A stretch of 63,768 bases of DNA, counting the filler, from Welwitschia mirabilis (lineage: Eukaryota), in the NCBI GenBank assembly GCA_051453625.1. It is 6 parts of one record of this genome, joined end to end, with 100 filler letters (N's around TTAATTAATTAA, not from the genome) between each part and the next. Parts side by side here need not be neighbours in the genome. Positions count along the whole stretch, not along the records: positions 8,153 to 28,707 come from JBOZIK010000001.1; positions 28,808 to 44,453 come from JBOZIK010000001.1; 4 more parts are not named here. One strand, 5' to 3'. Below are positions 28,054-41,400 of this stretch, in pieces. Numbering within the stretch: the stretch's first letter is position 1; every line of letters starts with the position of its first letter. The notes beneath the pieces are model-generated. The model searched no databases and was not told the origin of the DNA. It saw only the letters and a list, made by a program, of their open reading frames with translations. A program made the position numbers and the translations under genes.

Positions 28054-28707
28054 ACACACACACACCCCATTAACTTCATTGCCTCATTCAATGATCTATG
28101 AAGCACATTGCCTTATTTGGCAATCTGTGGAACTACATAATCATAAGTTCACGACATTGTATTAACAAGAAATGTGTAATAAGATTTGATCATGAAATAT
28201 CAACTCATATCAAGAATAATATAACATTAAATCATTGAGTACATAAGGTAGCAGGAGTCAAGANNNNNNNNNNNNNNNNNNNNNNNNNNNNNNNNNNNNN
28301 NNNNNNNNNNNNNNNNNNNNNNNNNNNNNNNNNNNNNNNNNNNNNNNNNNNNNNNNNNNNNNNGTAATAAGATTTGATCATGAAATATCAACTCATATCA
28401 AGAATAATAGAACATTAAATCATTGAGTACATAAGGTAGCAGGAGTCAAGAATTAAAAAAGACTGATTTTATTTTTACCAAGCATCACATGATTCTACAT
28501 TTATTTTGCAAGAATATAAAAATGATAAACTCATTAATGGAATGCATATAAAAAAAGGACCAACAAGAAATCAGGAAAGAATAAAATCATACCCATATCA
28601 AATCACGATGTTTGAGGTTTTCAAAGATCTTCCACATTTTTAAAGCTCCTAGAACTCCTAAGCTCCAAGATTTAAAGGAAAGGTTTTTTTGGAAAGAATA
28701 ATCTATA
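26172..28707 (-). mobile_element. Tekay/Del-like LTR fragment (same family as 31168-34307 and 56030-57393)
   Basis: Long collinear similarity to 32170-33850. Contains a GCTCTAATACCA PBS-like unit near 26216, the ~29-bp CCTCATTC..GATCT repeats and a microsatellite. Confidence 0.7.
28012..28065. repeat. (CA)n microsatellite inside LTR
   Basis: Directly visible; left end truncated by a gap. Confidence 0.95.
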
Positions 28708-28807
28708 NNNNNNNNNNNNNNNNNNNNNNNNNNNNNNNNNNNNNNNNNNNNTTAATTAATTAANNNNNNNNNNNNNNNNNNNNNNNNNNNNNNNNNNNNN
28801 NNNNNNN
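28708..28807. other. Artificial contig-joining linker N44-TTAATTAATTAA-N44
   Basis: Same exact 100-nt structure as at 8053. Confidence 0.97.
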
Positions 28808-29342
28808 AAAGAAGATATTATAGAATTTTCTTTACCAATTATCAAAATCAATTTGCAAAATTTATTGCTTCTTAGAAAGATGACAATACCAAATATTACC
28901 AAGATCATAGTTGTTAATGCACTAACAGAGCATAGCAATGATTGAGATTACTTAAATTCAGTCTAAATGTAAAAGGGGATTTATCTTCAAAAACCTTCAT
29001 AATTATATCTTACTACTGAAGTACATGTAGGATAGTGGTAAAGGAAATGGATCTGCACAAATTTCATAGACATTTTAGAGTAAAGGCAGTTGAGAAGAGT
29101 ATTATTACCAACAAAATTAAACCTTTAATTCGAGTTCTGAAGCTTTCTACTAAAACATTTCAGAGAAGGAAAGTATCGGCACCTACATAAGAGTCGTGCT
29201 GAGAAGACGAAGGAAAGACACACAGGAGGGAAGGAAGATAAATGGATTTGTATCCAGTCTGAGTGAAGGGAAGAATAACCATTTCTTCATTTAAAATGAA
29301 TTCTAAGCCTAAAAATCTATTTTATGCTATCTTTATTCTCTC

Positions 29343-30345
29343 CTACAGAGTACAGACGTATCCAGTTTGCTTATCAAATGCTAGCACAGAATCAATCAGA
29401 AGAGCATTCAACATAATCTGCACAGAAGCCTCATAAACTGACCGGTAGTAGTGCGCTCTGTCATCTGTGCAAGACTCTTCGCAACCTTCGGAGAGCTTTT
29501 GCATGTCAAGAAAAACTAGCAGCCCTCCATCGTCACGCAGAAGTATACTCTCCTTTAGTTCAAAGGAATACACAGAACAGACCTTCGATGTCATCCATTC
29601 CCTCTTCAGCAACACCATCGACTGATGTTTAAGCCTTGGGAAACAACTCCATCATAAAAGAGAGAACGTTAGGCTGCGAAGGGGCCAAGCAGTTGAGCAC
29701 GATAACTTCTTGGTTGCATGCGTGTGGGTCCTCAGGAAAAAGATCTTCTGCCTCAACTCAGATTAGTAAACCTTGGGTAAGCCACTTGTAGAAGATGACT
29801 TGAGCTGAGATTTGCAGGATTACAGGAGAAGTTAAGCGTTCCTACTCAGAAATTTTGGATAAATGCCTACCAGCTGACACCACGCACAGTTTTTCTGAGT
29901 GTCTTTCAGCTGCTGAATGGATGAGAATTTAATCATAAGCTGGTCTTGATATCTTTGAGCATGTGAGAGATTGTGAACTCTGTTTGATTGAAAAGATTTG
30001 TGTTTCTACTTTATTCAGTTTCTCCGTTGTTCCTGCATTATTTTCCTTGTCCATTTTCATAGACCGTGCTATGCTCAACACCATAAACACCGTCATTAGC
30101 TCTGCAACTGGTGCTCGTAGATGAAACTTCTCTCATCTGTCTATCACCAGTGTCTTGTGTCTTAACCTATCGTTGACATTCTTAGGTAGTGAATTCACGA
30201 ACGAGGAGGAGGGAAGGTATGCACAATGTTGAAAGAGGATCATCATACTCACCACTTTGAAATCCACTGCCTTCCTTCCTTAAGCAAGACCTTTCTCTTC
30301 CTTGAATTTCAATTCACCTTTGCAAATCCAATATGAGGTGCCAGA
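29343..30345 (-). pseudogene. Unidentified decayed reading frame (~330 codons) in a GC/CpG-rich island
   Basis: One minus frame runs 30345 to ~29563 with only 6 stops in ~260 codons. It overlaps, via an apparent frameshift, the 91-aa ORF 29343-29618. No family recognised. Confidence 0.4.
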
Positions 30346-31152
30346 TTAAATGGAAGTAATCAATGTGGGCCTCTACTTTATTTTCTTTTGGCCTCAAACA
30401 TAACACCCCTGCTTATTTAAGATTAACAATGAGAATGCTGTTGGATATGTTTACTTCTCATAATGCCCTTCTTTTGCCATACTAATTTTGTCATTTCATA
30501 CAACATAAGTTAGTTGATAATGGCATATAATGTTTGTGGCATTTACACTGTAACGCAGTCCTTCTTATGGGCCCATAACTGTCATTCATATAATTTATTT
30601 ACATCTAACGCCACATCAAATCATCATAATATCTTTATGATACCTGGCTGAAATTCATAACTCCACCATTAGATATTGTTGCTATGGAGGTGTTGAAATA
30701 TAAAGGAGGACATGCACACTGTTATGCTAGAGGTTTCATTGGTATCGAATGACAATTTAATTCTTTTCATATAGTCTCATTTAAATAATAATAATATTAT
30801 TATTATTTAGTTTTATTATCTATAGTTTACTTTATTTTTATGATGCTTCAACATCTATATATATATATATATATATTTCCTACTACCTTAAAGTAATAGC
30901 CATTTACATGGGTAGATAAATACATTAAATTCTTATCTAGATAGCAGAGTATCTGATTACCATTACTAATTTATTAAGCACATACTGTCAACTCTAGATT
31001 TAAAAGCTAAAACTTATAATAAATTATGCCTAATGAAATTGCAACTTAGGCTTTAATGTTGAATGTATAATGCTCTCATAATAACTACATCTGATGAAAT
31101 TGTAATCTGGTATTATCATTAAAAGTCATACCTAACAAACTTGCAAACCTAG

Positions 31153-31346
31153 GCTCTGATATCAAAATGTAACATCCTAAATTTCTATAGTTGAAAATCT
31201 TTATCTTTAATACTCTGATATCAAAATGCAACATCCTAAATTTCTATAGTTGAAAATATTTATCTTTAATGTTCTAATACCAAAATGTAACATTCTAAAT
31301 TTCTACAGTTAAAAATCTTTATCTTTAATGCTCTAATACCAAATGT
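31153..31346 (-). repeat. 59-bp tandem repeat, each unit = LTR-end motif + tRNA-iMet PBS
   Basis: PBS complements (GCTCTGATACCA-like) at 31153, 31212, 31271 and 31330, exactly 59 bp apart, each followed by AA(A)-TGT/TGC. Confidence 0.9.
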
Positions 31347-33250
31347 GGTACTTGCAATTCTAACTTTAAACTTATGGACATTACTTATTTTACCAAATGA
31401 TTTAGTGCTCATCATTCCCCTCTACCATATGTGTTAATTATGAAATAACCCACCATTTTAATAGAAATTTAGCACATGAGGACCCCTAATTTTAATGCTC
31501 TTTAAAAATATAAATTTTATAGTAATTAATAATTAATAATTCTCATCATCAAGCCTATTTATGATAATATTTAAATAATTTGGAAGGAGGCAGGAAACAC
31601 ATGATCTTTTCTTGAGATTTAATTTATAATAAATAAATATTAATATCACATTAAAGGCATAATATCAATATTCTATACTCATAATTAGACTCATAATCTT
31701 TAAGAAATGTTCACAAGAGGTGTCATAAATAAATTGTCAACTTCATACATTAACAAAAATTAATTCAAGAAAATACAATCACAATTACATTCAATACAAC
31801 TTTTGAGGTAATTACATAACTAAAGATTCAAATTCCAAATAAACCTCCTCAAGACGGAATGAAGAATATGTACTCAAATTTTCATGTTTCATTGTAAAAA
31901 TATTTAAGGAAAATATCCATTATTAAATACAGTATGAGTCCTCGAGCTAGATTTTATAAAATGCAAATCATATATATAATAGAATGGAGTTCATCTTTCA
32001 TCACAACTAAGGAATATTAAGTATAAAAACATATTGCATTCTCATAAACCTCAGGCATATGACACCAAGNNNNNNNNNNNNNNNNNNNNNNNNNNNNNNN
32101 NNNNNNNNNNNNNNNNNNNNNNNNNNNNNNNNNNNNNNNNNNNNNNNNNNNNNNNNNNNNNNNNNNNNNTGATGCTCTGATGTCAAAATGTAATGCCTGT
32201 ATTTATAATTTTAAACTTATGAATGTTACTTATTTTACCAAAGGATTAAGACCTTACCATTTCCCTCTAACATATACATTAATTATGAAATAACCTATAA
32301 TTTTAATAAAAATTTAGCACAGGAGGACTCTTAATTTTAACGCCCTTCATAACAATAAATTTTATAGTAATTAATAATTAATGATACCCCTCATCAAGCC
32401 TATTTATATTAGATTTTAAGTATTTTTGGAAGAAAGAGATAAACATATGACTTTTTCTTGAGATCTCATTTTTAATAAATAGAAAATAATATCACATTAA
32501 AGTCATAATACTAATATTATATACTCACAATCATACTATTAATCTTCAAAAAATGACTACATGTGATGCTTAAAACAAATTGCCAACTTCATACATTAAT
32601 GAAAACTAATTCAAAAAAAGACAATCACAATTGACATTTTACACATCTTTCAAGGTAATCACATAATTGAAGATTCAACTTTTCAATAAAAATTTCTCAA
32701 GAAAAGCATGAAGAATATTTGATCAAATTATCATATTTCATTACCTATGTATATTCAAGAAAAGATGTTCTTACACATTTGCTTAGTGAATCAACTAAGA
32801 AGTTTCATAAAACTATAAGGAAAACACATAATGAGACAGAAATTAACTATCAATGCACATCTACAAAACATTTTTCGAGAGAGGCATAACATATCCTCAA
32901 ATCACTATCATATAGTACAAAAATTTCAAAATTTATGAAGTATTATAAAATTATTTAGTAAATTTTCCAATAATACTAAAATATTAATCCTTCACAACCT
33001 CATGCTCATAGCAATAATTATACTTCCAGATTTTTTCACCTCTTACACAAAAGTATGGGATGAGAACTATGAAAATCTCATAGCTCTTAGTATGGTCTAG
33101 AAAAGGCTAGGTAAGATAGAAAGGATTTTTTAATGGTTAATATAGGAAAGACAAGTAAGGACTCTAAGAAAACAAGTTATATCTCAAAACACTAACCTTC
33201 TAGTTATGAAACGGTAATAATCAATATATATTTTTCATAAATTCTCAATC

Positions 33251-33465
33251 ACTTCATTACCTCATTCAGTGGTCTGTGAAGTTCACTACCTCATTCAGTA
33301 ATGTGTGAAGGCCACTATGTCATTCAGTGATTTGTGATTATCATATATATATATATATATACACACATACATACATAGCTACATATATACATACATACAT
33401 ATCATTAACTTTACTATCTCATTCAGCGATTTGTGAAGCCCATTACCTCATTTTGTAATTTGTGG
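33251..33465. repeat. ~29-bp LTR repeats (CACTACCTCATTCAGTGATCTGTGAAG-like) interrupted by a TA/CA microsatellite
   Basis: Five decayed units, with a TA/CA/TACA tract at ~33343-33400. Confidence 0.8.
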
Positions 33466-35600
33466 AATTACATAAGTTTAAGACATTATGTTAATGAGAA
33501 AAGTATGATAAGATTTGACCATAAAATATCAAATCACATCAAGAACAATATAGCATCAACTCATTAAGTACAGAAGGTGGTAAAAGTCAAGACTTAGAAT
33601 AAGATTAATTCTATTTTTATCAAGCATCACATGATTATACATTTGTTTTGCTAGAATATAAACATGACAAACTCATTAACGAGATGCATATAAAGAAAGG
33701 ATCAATAAGGAAGCCAAAAATAATAGAACCATACCCATACCAAATCATAGTATTCAAGGTTCTCAAAGATCTTTCATGTTTTAAAGCTCCTAGACCTCCT
33801 AAGATCCAAGATTCAAAGGTAAGGTCTTTTTGAAAAAAATAGTCTATACTTGATAGAGGAAGAGCTCTATTTATAATGAGAGAACATAGGTAAGGTAAAA
33901 GGACTCAAGAATTCAAAAGGACACATCATGAGCCAACAGTAAAGGTGGAGGTTTCATAATGTCTCATAAACGCTTGCCTTGCCATCAGGCACTTTAATAA
34001 TATAAAAAGAATGTTTTTTATTTCATCACATTTAATCATAATAACGAGGAAAATAAATAACAAGCCTCCAAAATTAACATTTAATCATGCATAATTTCTA
34101 GGAAGTGCAAAAATAATAAATCACCACCACCACAGGGACACCTTAATCAAGATAAAAAGAACTCAAAGCATAATTTATTATAATAACATCTCAAGAACAT
34201 AATATTTGTATTAGTAGAAGATTTCAAAAGAATTCAATCTTTTCTAAAGAATTCATTAAACTTAAACTTTTCATTTGTTTAAAAACAATAAAAATGTGGA
34301 TGTGACATGTAATTCCTAGTTTTTTATGAAATAGTAGTTTTTCATCCTTAATTTTAAGTGCAATTATCATGGTACTTTAATACTTAAACGACACTACATT
34401 GAAAAAGGTATAAAGGATCAAATTCTATTTTGTTTACGAAGTGAGTTAAGTTTACTTCTTGATTGTGGCCATCTTATTTGATGGATCTGAAGCATTTTGA
34501 TTCTTACTTTTTAGGTTTACAATAGGTGATGAAGGATTAAAATGTCCAAAGAATTAACCAATACTCATGTGATGAATGAGATTATATTACCATGATTTAA
34601 GTTATAACAACTTAAAAATCTAAGGTTTATTTAAGGAATTGATAGCATATTATTGAAGTAAAGGTATTGTTAATAATTATTTAAATTATACCTTTAGAGA
34701 TAGCTCATCTTCCTACCTCAGTGTCAAAGTTTAATCTCATAAAAATCTTGATTTTCAATTTTGTTTTGAATTCTTATAAGTTAGAGAATTTTGAATTGTC
34801 ACTATTTATTTTTCTACATTGATTTGTCCTTGCGAAAAGAATAACATCAAGACTCTACTACAATGAGGGGCTTAATTTATAAATTATAAGAACTAGACAT
34901 GAACAAATGTTTGATGGTGTTGTCAAGGATAATGGCATAATAACTACATAAAAGGCACATAATATTTTCTTTTTTGTAATTTCTATTTTAGTTTTTTAGT
35001 TCTAGCACTTCTAATGGTTAGTACTAATTACTCCTACTATTATCAAACTATTTTACTTCATTTTTAGTTTTTTTCTTTTATTTCCATACTTTAAATGGTG
35101 GGTATTAATCTATTTGTAGTAATATGTAAACTAGTCTATTTTCTAAGTTGTATTAAGATTTTACTCTAATCTAGATATAATTTCTATATTAGAGCTTTTG
35201 TGATTATGGGTTTAACAATTTTTTGTAGGCTTACAACTTAAATGAGAATAAAAAATAAGGACATTAAAAATTAATAAGAAATCATCCTTTTATTTTATTT
35301 TATATTTTTATAAATTTCCATTACAGTAGTTAGTTTTAGTTTTTCTATGAATTTTTAGTTGTTAAAGTTTTCTAAAAAATATATTTAGGGGTTTTTCATA
35401 GGTTTATTTTCCATATTTTGCTATCTATTTTCTATGGCTTGTTACACAAATCAATTTGCATAATCATGAATGTAATGCCTTTCTCTTTTTATATTGTTTC
35501 CCTAAAGAAGACTGATGCCATCATAAATAATAACTAGTGCTATTATCCTTTTAGAAAATTTCACTATCAAATATTATAGAGAACTTTCTTTGGATCCCCT

Positions 35601-38312
35601 CATTGTGCTGTCAACTTATGTATATTTGATAGGGTATTTTGAGTGGTTTCATAGGATATTAAATAGGTTTATGTTTAATTTCCATGATAATGAAGAGCTA
35701 GTATGAAAGAGATAAAAATACATAATCTCCATGATATTTTGCAGCATTCAGAGTAGTTTCTAATACTTCTCCATTCTAGAACAGATTTCCTACAAACATT
35801 GAGGCTAAATACATTAGATGAACACTTGTAAAAGCCTATCATCCACTTAATTATCTAGATGATAGTATGAATGACAGAATAGTTGATGCCAATGAGGATA
35901 CTAACTATGATCAATCTAGAAAATGATGTGGATAATCTATGAGATGGTATTGTACTCTATATTGTCTAAATGACTAGCCAAATGACAGTTCTTGTAATGT
36001 TACACTGGACATTCATCTAACTTCTATCACTTATTTTTATGTTTCTTTTGATGTGATTGTTAGGGTTGTATCCACACTTGTCTATCTATCTTATTGCTGT
36101 GTATTGAGTCAATAAGTGTTAATTATATCCTTAACTCCTATTTCTCTTTATTTGCATTAGAAATTATCATGATAGGAGATTAAAAGATTGAAGATCCATC
36201 CTTATAATTATAGATAAGTGTCTTCCTTGATGTTGGGCAGAGTTTCCTCCATTGAGATGTAGCTACTTTGTAATACAAATGTGGTTTGAGTAATACAAAA
36301 GATTTCTTTTCCAATTTCTATGCTTATTTGTTTTTATCCCTTATGTTAGTTCTAATTTGGTANNNNNNNNNNNNNNNNNNNNNNNNNNNNNNNNNNNNNN
36401 NNNNNNNNNNNNNNNNNNNNNNNNNNNNNNNNNNNNNNNNNNNNNNNNNNNNNNNNNNNNNNNNNNNNNNNNNNNNNNNNNNNNNNNNNNNNNNNNNNNN
36501 NNNNNNNNNNNNNNNNNNNNNNNNNNNNNNNNNNNNNNNNNNNNNNNNNNNNNNNNNNNNNNNNNNNNNNNNNNNNNNNNNNNNNNNNNNNNNNNNNNNN
36601 NNNNNNNNNNNNNNNNNNNNNNNNNNNNNNNNNNNNNNNNNNNNNNNNNNNNNNNNNNNNNNNNNNNNNNNNNNNNNNNNNNNNNNNNNNNNNNNNNNNN
36701 NNNNNNNNNNNNNNNNNNNNNNNNNNNNNNNNNNNNNNNNNNTTTCTTTTCCACTTTCTATGCTTATTTGTTTTTATCCCTTATGTTAGTTCTAATTTGG
36801 TAACATTTTCTTAAGTAATATAGGTTATGAGGGTAACCTTTATCAAGGTTAAGCATTATTAGTTTAGATGCATTATTATTTTTAATTCCTAGATTTACTT
36901 TGAATAAGTGTATTGCATTATACTTTTCTGCATTGCAATTTATTTCTATGGGTAAAATACAAAGTGTTTCTTGATGGAAATTAATTCTCTTACTCTAGAT
37001 TAGGCCTTTAATAGATAACGACATTTGGGTTAAATCTTGTTTATATTAGTGTATTGTGTTATGTAGACATCTATTTTATTTTTGAATGAAAGGATCTTCT
37101 TGAGCTTAAATCATTTTCACAAATACACACTACAACATTTTGGCACTATTGGCAAGAAAAGATGCTTTGAGTTAAAGAGTCATTATTGCTCTAGTAAGTA
37201 TTTGAATCTTAGTTTAGATGCTTGCCTACAGTAGCATTGTATTTTTATCTATAGTAGCATAGACTTTTTTTTTCTATAAATTTTAGTTTTTCATTTCAAA
37301 ATAAAAGTTTTATCATCCATTTCATTGTTTAGACAATGTATGACAATGATAGTTTCTGTGCCTTAAGTTTTTACCTTTTGTTTCTATTAAAATTTTTTGT
37401 AAGATTTTTCCTATCATTCCCTTTATTGTCTAGATGATTTAAGTAAATGATTGCTATCTATGTTTCTGTGTCTATCAGTTTTTTATTTTTGTTTTCTACA
37501 TTTTCTATTTTTTATATTTTTTGTGTTTTTGTCATTCAAATAACTATAGGGATGACACTCCATGCATTAAAAACTGAGCATGTATGGTAAAATCTAGTAA
37601 GAAATAAAAATACTAGAAAGAGTGATTTTTCATAGAGGAAAATATCCAAGAAGGTTTAATTGGTCTCAAAGCTAATTGAAGTAAGCATACAAAGGTATGT
37701 AAAATTTAAAAATTCTAGAGATATCTACTTTTATTTTTTCGATGTCTAATTTTATAAGAGAAATTATTTTAGAATATTATGTTAACTATAGTTTTCAATT
37801 CCCAAAAATGTCTAGCTCATCGCAAAAACAAAAACACCTCATTTCACCAAATCCACTTCTTTTCATTGGAACCCCTACAACCGCACCCATTAAAACCAAT
37901 GCTAATGTCACCCTTAGAGATGTAATCACTAATAAGAAATGTGAAATCCAAATCCCTTTTGATTTACCTCTTAGTAATGATATTGAACTTAGAAATTTAA
38001 ATGCATATTCCATTTTTAGTGGTGAATTTAATGAGAACCCTTTACAACACATTACCGACATAGAACAATTAGTGCTCACTTTAGAAAATGATAAAAAAAG
38101 AATAAGTGATAAAACTTACATGTTCATCTTTCCGATCACTTTAAAAATAAGGCTAAACTTTGGTTAAAAACAATCCCTTATAAAATTTTAAAATAATAGA
38201 GTCAAGTTTAAAAAGCCTTCATTCAAAAATTCATAAGTGAAACCACCATTAGAAAACATAAGAAAGAAGTAACCAACTTCCAACAACTACCTAATGAAGA
38301 TTATGTGTCTAC
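35601..38312 (+). mobile_element. Athila-like element 5' part (LTR 35601-37137, PBS 37141-37158, 5'UTR, gag start)
   Basis: The LTR ends ..ACACTACAACA, then TTT-TGGCACTATTGGCAAGAA (decayed PBS), with gag from 37808. It is a diverged paralog of 38413-40560. Confidence 0.85.
37808..38312 (+). pseudogene. gag: gag N-terminal remnant
   Basis: MSSSSQ..NVTLRDVI..IPFDLP..ELRNLNAYSIFSGEFNENPLQHI..FIFPITLK, the Athila gag pattern (F.G...E.P..H, LFP.SL). Frameshifted and cut by a gap. Confidence 0.85.
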
Positions 38313-38412
38313 NNNNNNNNNNNNNNNNNNNNNNNNNNNNNNNNNNNNNNNNNNNNNNNNNNNNNNNNNNNNNNNNNNNNNNNNNNNNNNNNNNNNNNNN
38401 NNNNNNNNNNNN

Positions 38413-41400
38413 AAGAATTGAGATTAAAGAGACAAAAACACACAATCTCTATAACATTTTGAAGTATTTAGAGTAGTTCCTAATATTTCTTATTTCTAAG
38501 ACAAACTTCCTATAAATATTGAGTCTGAATGTATTGGATGAACACTTGTAGAAGCTTATTTTTCACCTCATCATCTAGATGATAGTACAAATGATAGAAT
38601 AGTTAATGCTAATGAGGATGCTGACTATGATAAATTTGACAAATGACATAGATCATTTATAAGGTAGCACCATCCCCTATATCATCTATATGATCAGCTA
38701 GATGACACCTGTTGTAATGTATTACTAGACATTTATCTAACTCATACTATTTATTTATTTGTCTTTATCATGGTTGTTAGAGTTGTACCTTTATGTGTCT
38801 TTCTGTTTTATTGTGTGTTTTGTGTCAATAAGCATTGATTCTACTATTGACTCTTATTATCTTTATTTACATTAGAAATTCTTGTGATAGGAGATCGAAA
38901 GATCGAATATCCATCCTTGTAGTTATAAAGTGATATATTCCTTAGTGTTGGATAGAGTTTTCTCCATTAAGATGTGGCTGCTTTGTAACATAGATGTGCT
39001 TCAAGTAATACAAAAGATTCTTTTCCATTTCATATGCTTATTTGTTCTTATCCCTCATAGCTTATGTTGCTTCTAATTTGATAATAGTTTATTAAGTGAT
39101 ATAGGTTATGAGGGAAACCTTTATCAAGGTTGAGCATTGGTTTAGATGAATTATTATTTTATTTTCATAAATTAACTTTGCATAAGTATGTTCCATTTTA
39201 CATTTTCTACATTGCAATTTATTCCTGTAGGTATAATGAATTATAACATTTTGATTAAATCTCATTTATATTATTGTATTATGTTGTATAGATATCTATT
39301 TTTATTTGTAAATGATAGGACCTTCATGAGTCTAAACACAAACACACACTGCAAAACCTTGGTACTATTGCTAGGAAAGGCTACTTGGAGTTTGAGAGTT
39401 TTCTTTGCTCTAGTGAGTACTTAGATTTAGATTCAAGTGCTTACCTATAGTAGTATTATATTTCTATCTATAGTTGTATGGATGTTCTTTTTGTGGTATT
39501 TAGTTTTTCTATTTTGAAATAAAAGTTTTGTAAGTTTGGTTTCTACTTTATCATCTAAATGACATGTGACAATGATGTCCTCTATGCCATAAGTTTTTAG
39601 CTTTTTATTTTTATGAAATTTACTTTTAGGGTATTTCTATCATCTCCTCTATCATCTAGACAACTCAGTAGATGATAGTCTACTATCTGTAGTTTTTGTG
39701 TGTATTAGTTTTACATTTTTTTGGTCTACATATTCCAATTTTTTATGTTTTCTATGTTTCTGTCATCTATAATATCGTCTAGATGACTATAAGGATGATA
39801 CTTTATGCATCAAAAACTAATCATGTATGATAAAATATAGTAAGAAAGAAAAATACTAGAGAGATTAACTACTCATAAAGGAAAATATTCAAGAAGGTTT
39901 AATTGATTTTGAAACTAACTCAAGTATACATAGAAAAGGTAGTTAAAGTTTTAAAATTACAAAAATATTTACTTTTATTTCTTTAGAATGTGATTTTGTA
40001 AAGAAATTTTTCCAAAACATTATTTTGATAATAGTTTTCAATTTCTAAACATGTCTAGCTTGTCGCAAAAATGAAAGTAACCCACTTTACTAAATCCATC
40101 CCTTATCATTGGAACCCCTACAACTGCATCTATTAGAATTAATGCCAATGTCACCCTTAGAGATTTGATCACTAATAAATGCAAGATTCAAACTCCTTAT
40201 GATTTATCTTCCAGTGATGATGTTGAACTTAGAAACTTAAATTCCTATTCCATTTTAAGTATAGAACTTGATGAAGATCCTTTACAACACATTGCTGACA
40301 TAGAATAATTAGTGCTCACTTTAGGAAACAGTAAAAAAATAATAAGTAATAGAACTTACATGGTTATCTTTTCCATTACTTTAAAAGTAAATCTAAACTT
40401 TGGTTCAGAATGATTTCTTATAAAAGTTTAAAATCATGGATTTAAGTTTATAGGCCTTCATTAAAAGATTCATGAGTCAAACCACCATTAGAGACATAAG
40501 AAAGAAGAAATCAACTTCTAACAAATGCCTAATGAAGATTATGCCTCTACCTATAAAAGAATTTTTGTTGCTTTATATTTAAATCTTGTAAATGATTTTT
40601 CTTAATAGGAATTAATATACTACTTTTATAACTAATTAAATAGTCGAATAAAGCAATTATTTAACTTTTCATGTGGAGGTAATTTATTAACATAACTTTA
40701 AAAAATACATGGAAAGTATTGCAAGAGTTGGTATAAATGAGTCAAACTTGGCCTAAACCCTTATCTAGAGAAAACTGAACTGCAAGTTAAATCATTAAAG
40801 ATTTTAAAGAGGTTAAATATAAAAAATAAGAAATAAGAACTAAAAATGAACCAACAAATGTCATTAAGAATTTCATCTCAAATTTAGAGAAATATACTCA
40901 AATGATTCTGGATAAAAAAGTGGTAATTGAAAAAAGTGTAGTTGTAGCTCCTACTTATGATTTATGCAAAAATAACTATCAAGTTACAAAATAATGTCCT
41001 TTACTTCCAATTTACAAAGAAATAATTTATAAGAAAGTATGTGCTTTCAGTCAAATATATTCAAAATTTAACCAAAATCAAAACCAAAGTCAAGTCCAAA
41101 ATCACAACAATTTTCAACCTAGGATGAGTGGATAACTAAACTTTAAAAATTTTTAAACAAATCATCCTAACTTTTAACTATTTAAAAAGAGATTTGAGAA
41201 TATAAATTTCTAATCAAACAAATTAAACAATCAAGCAAGCTCATTCAACTCACAAAATAAAGATGATTCTCTTAGGAATTCTATTAATGAGTTGAGAAAA
41301 ATACAAGAAAGAACAAAATCTAACATTAAAAATCTTGTAAGTATTTTGTAACAAATTATGCTTGCTAACCAAATACCACAAGAGTCACTTGTCACTTAAC

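Larger units (their letters stand above)
30900..34307 (-). mobile_element. Tekay/Del-like Gypsy element: 5' LTR (31168-34307), tRNA-iMet PBS and short internal remnant
   Basis: The minus strand starts TGTCACATC at 34307 and ends ..GGATGTTACA at 31168, followed by TTT-TGATATCAGAGCCTAGGTTTG (PBS TGGTATCAGAGC with one transition). Part of the LTR is duplicated across the gap at 32070-32169. The lineage call rests on termini, PBS and LTR size only; the left boundary is approximate. Confidence 0.7.

Noticed and set aside
29343-29618. Intact 91-aa gene, or assignment to GRAS, DUF247, DYW or methyltransferase families
   Set aside because: Only isolated short resemblances (HYY, HSEKL, GGLLVF) without the flanking conserved motifs, so it is left unassigned.
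31153-31164. tRNA gene
   Set aside because: Only 12 nt related to the tRNA-iMet 3' end (a PBS), with no cloverleaf.
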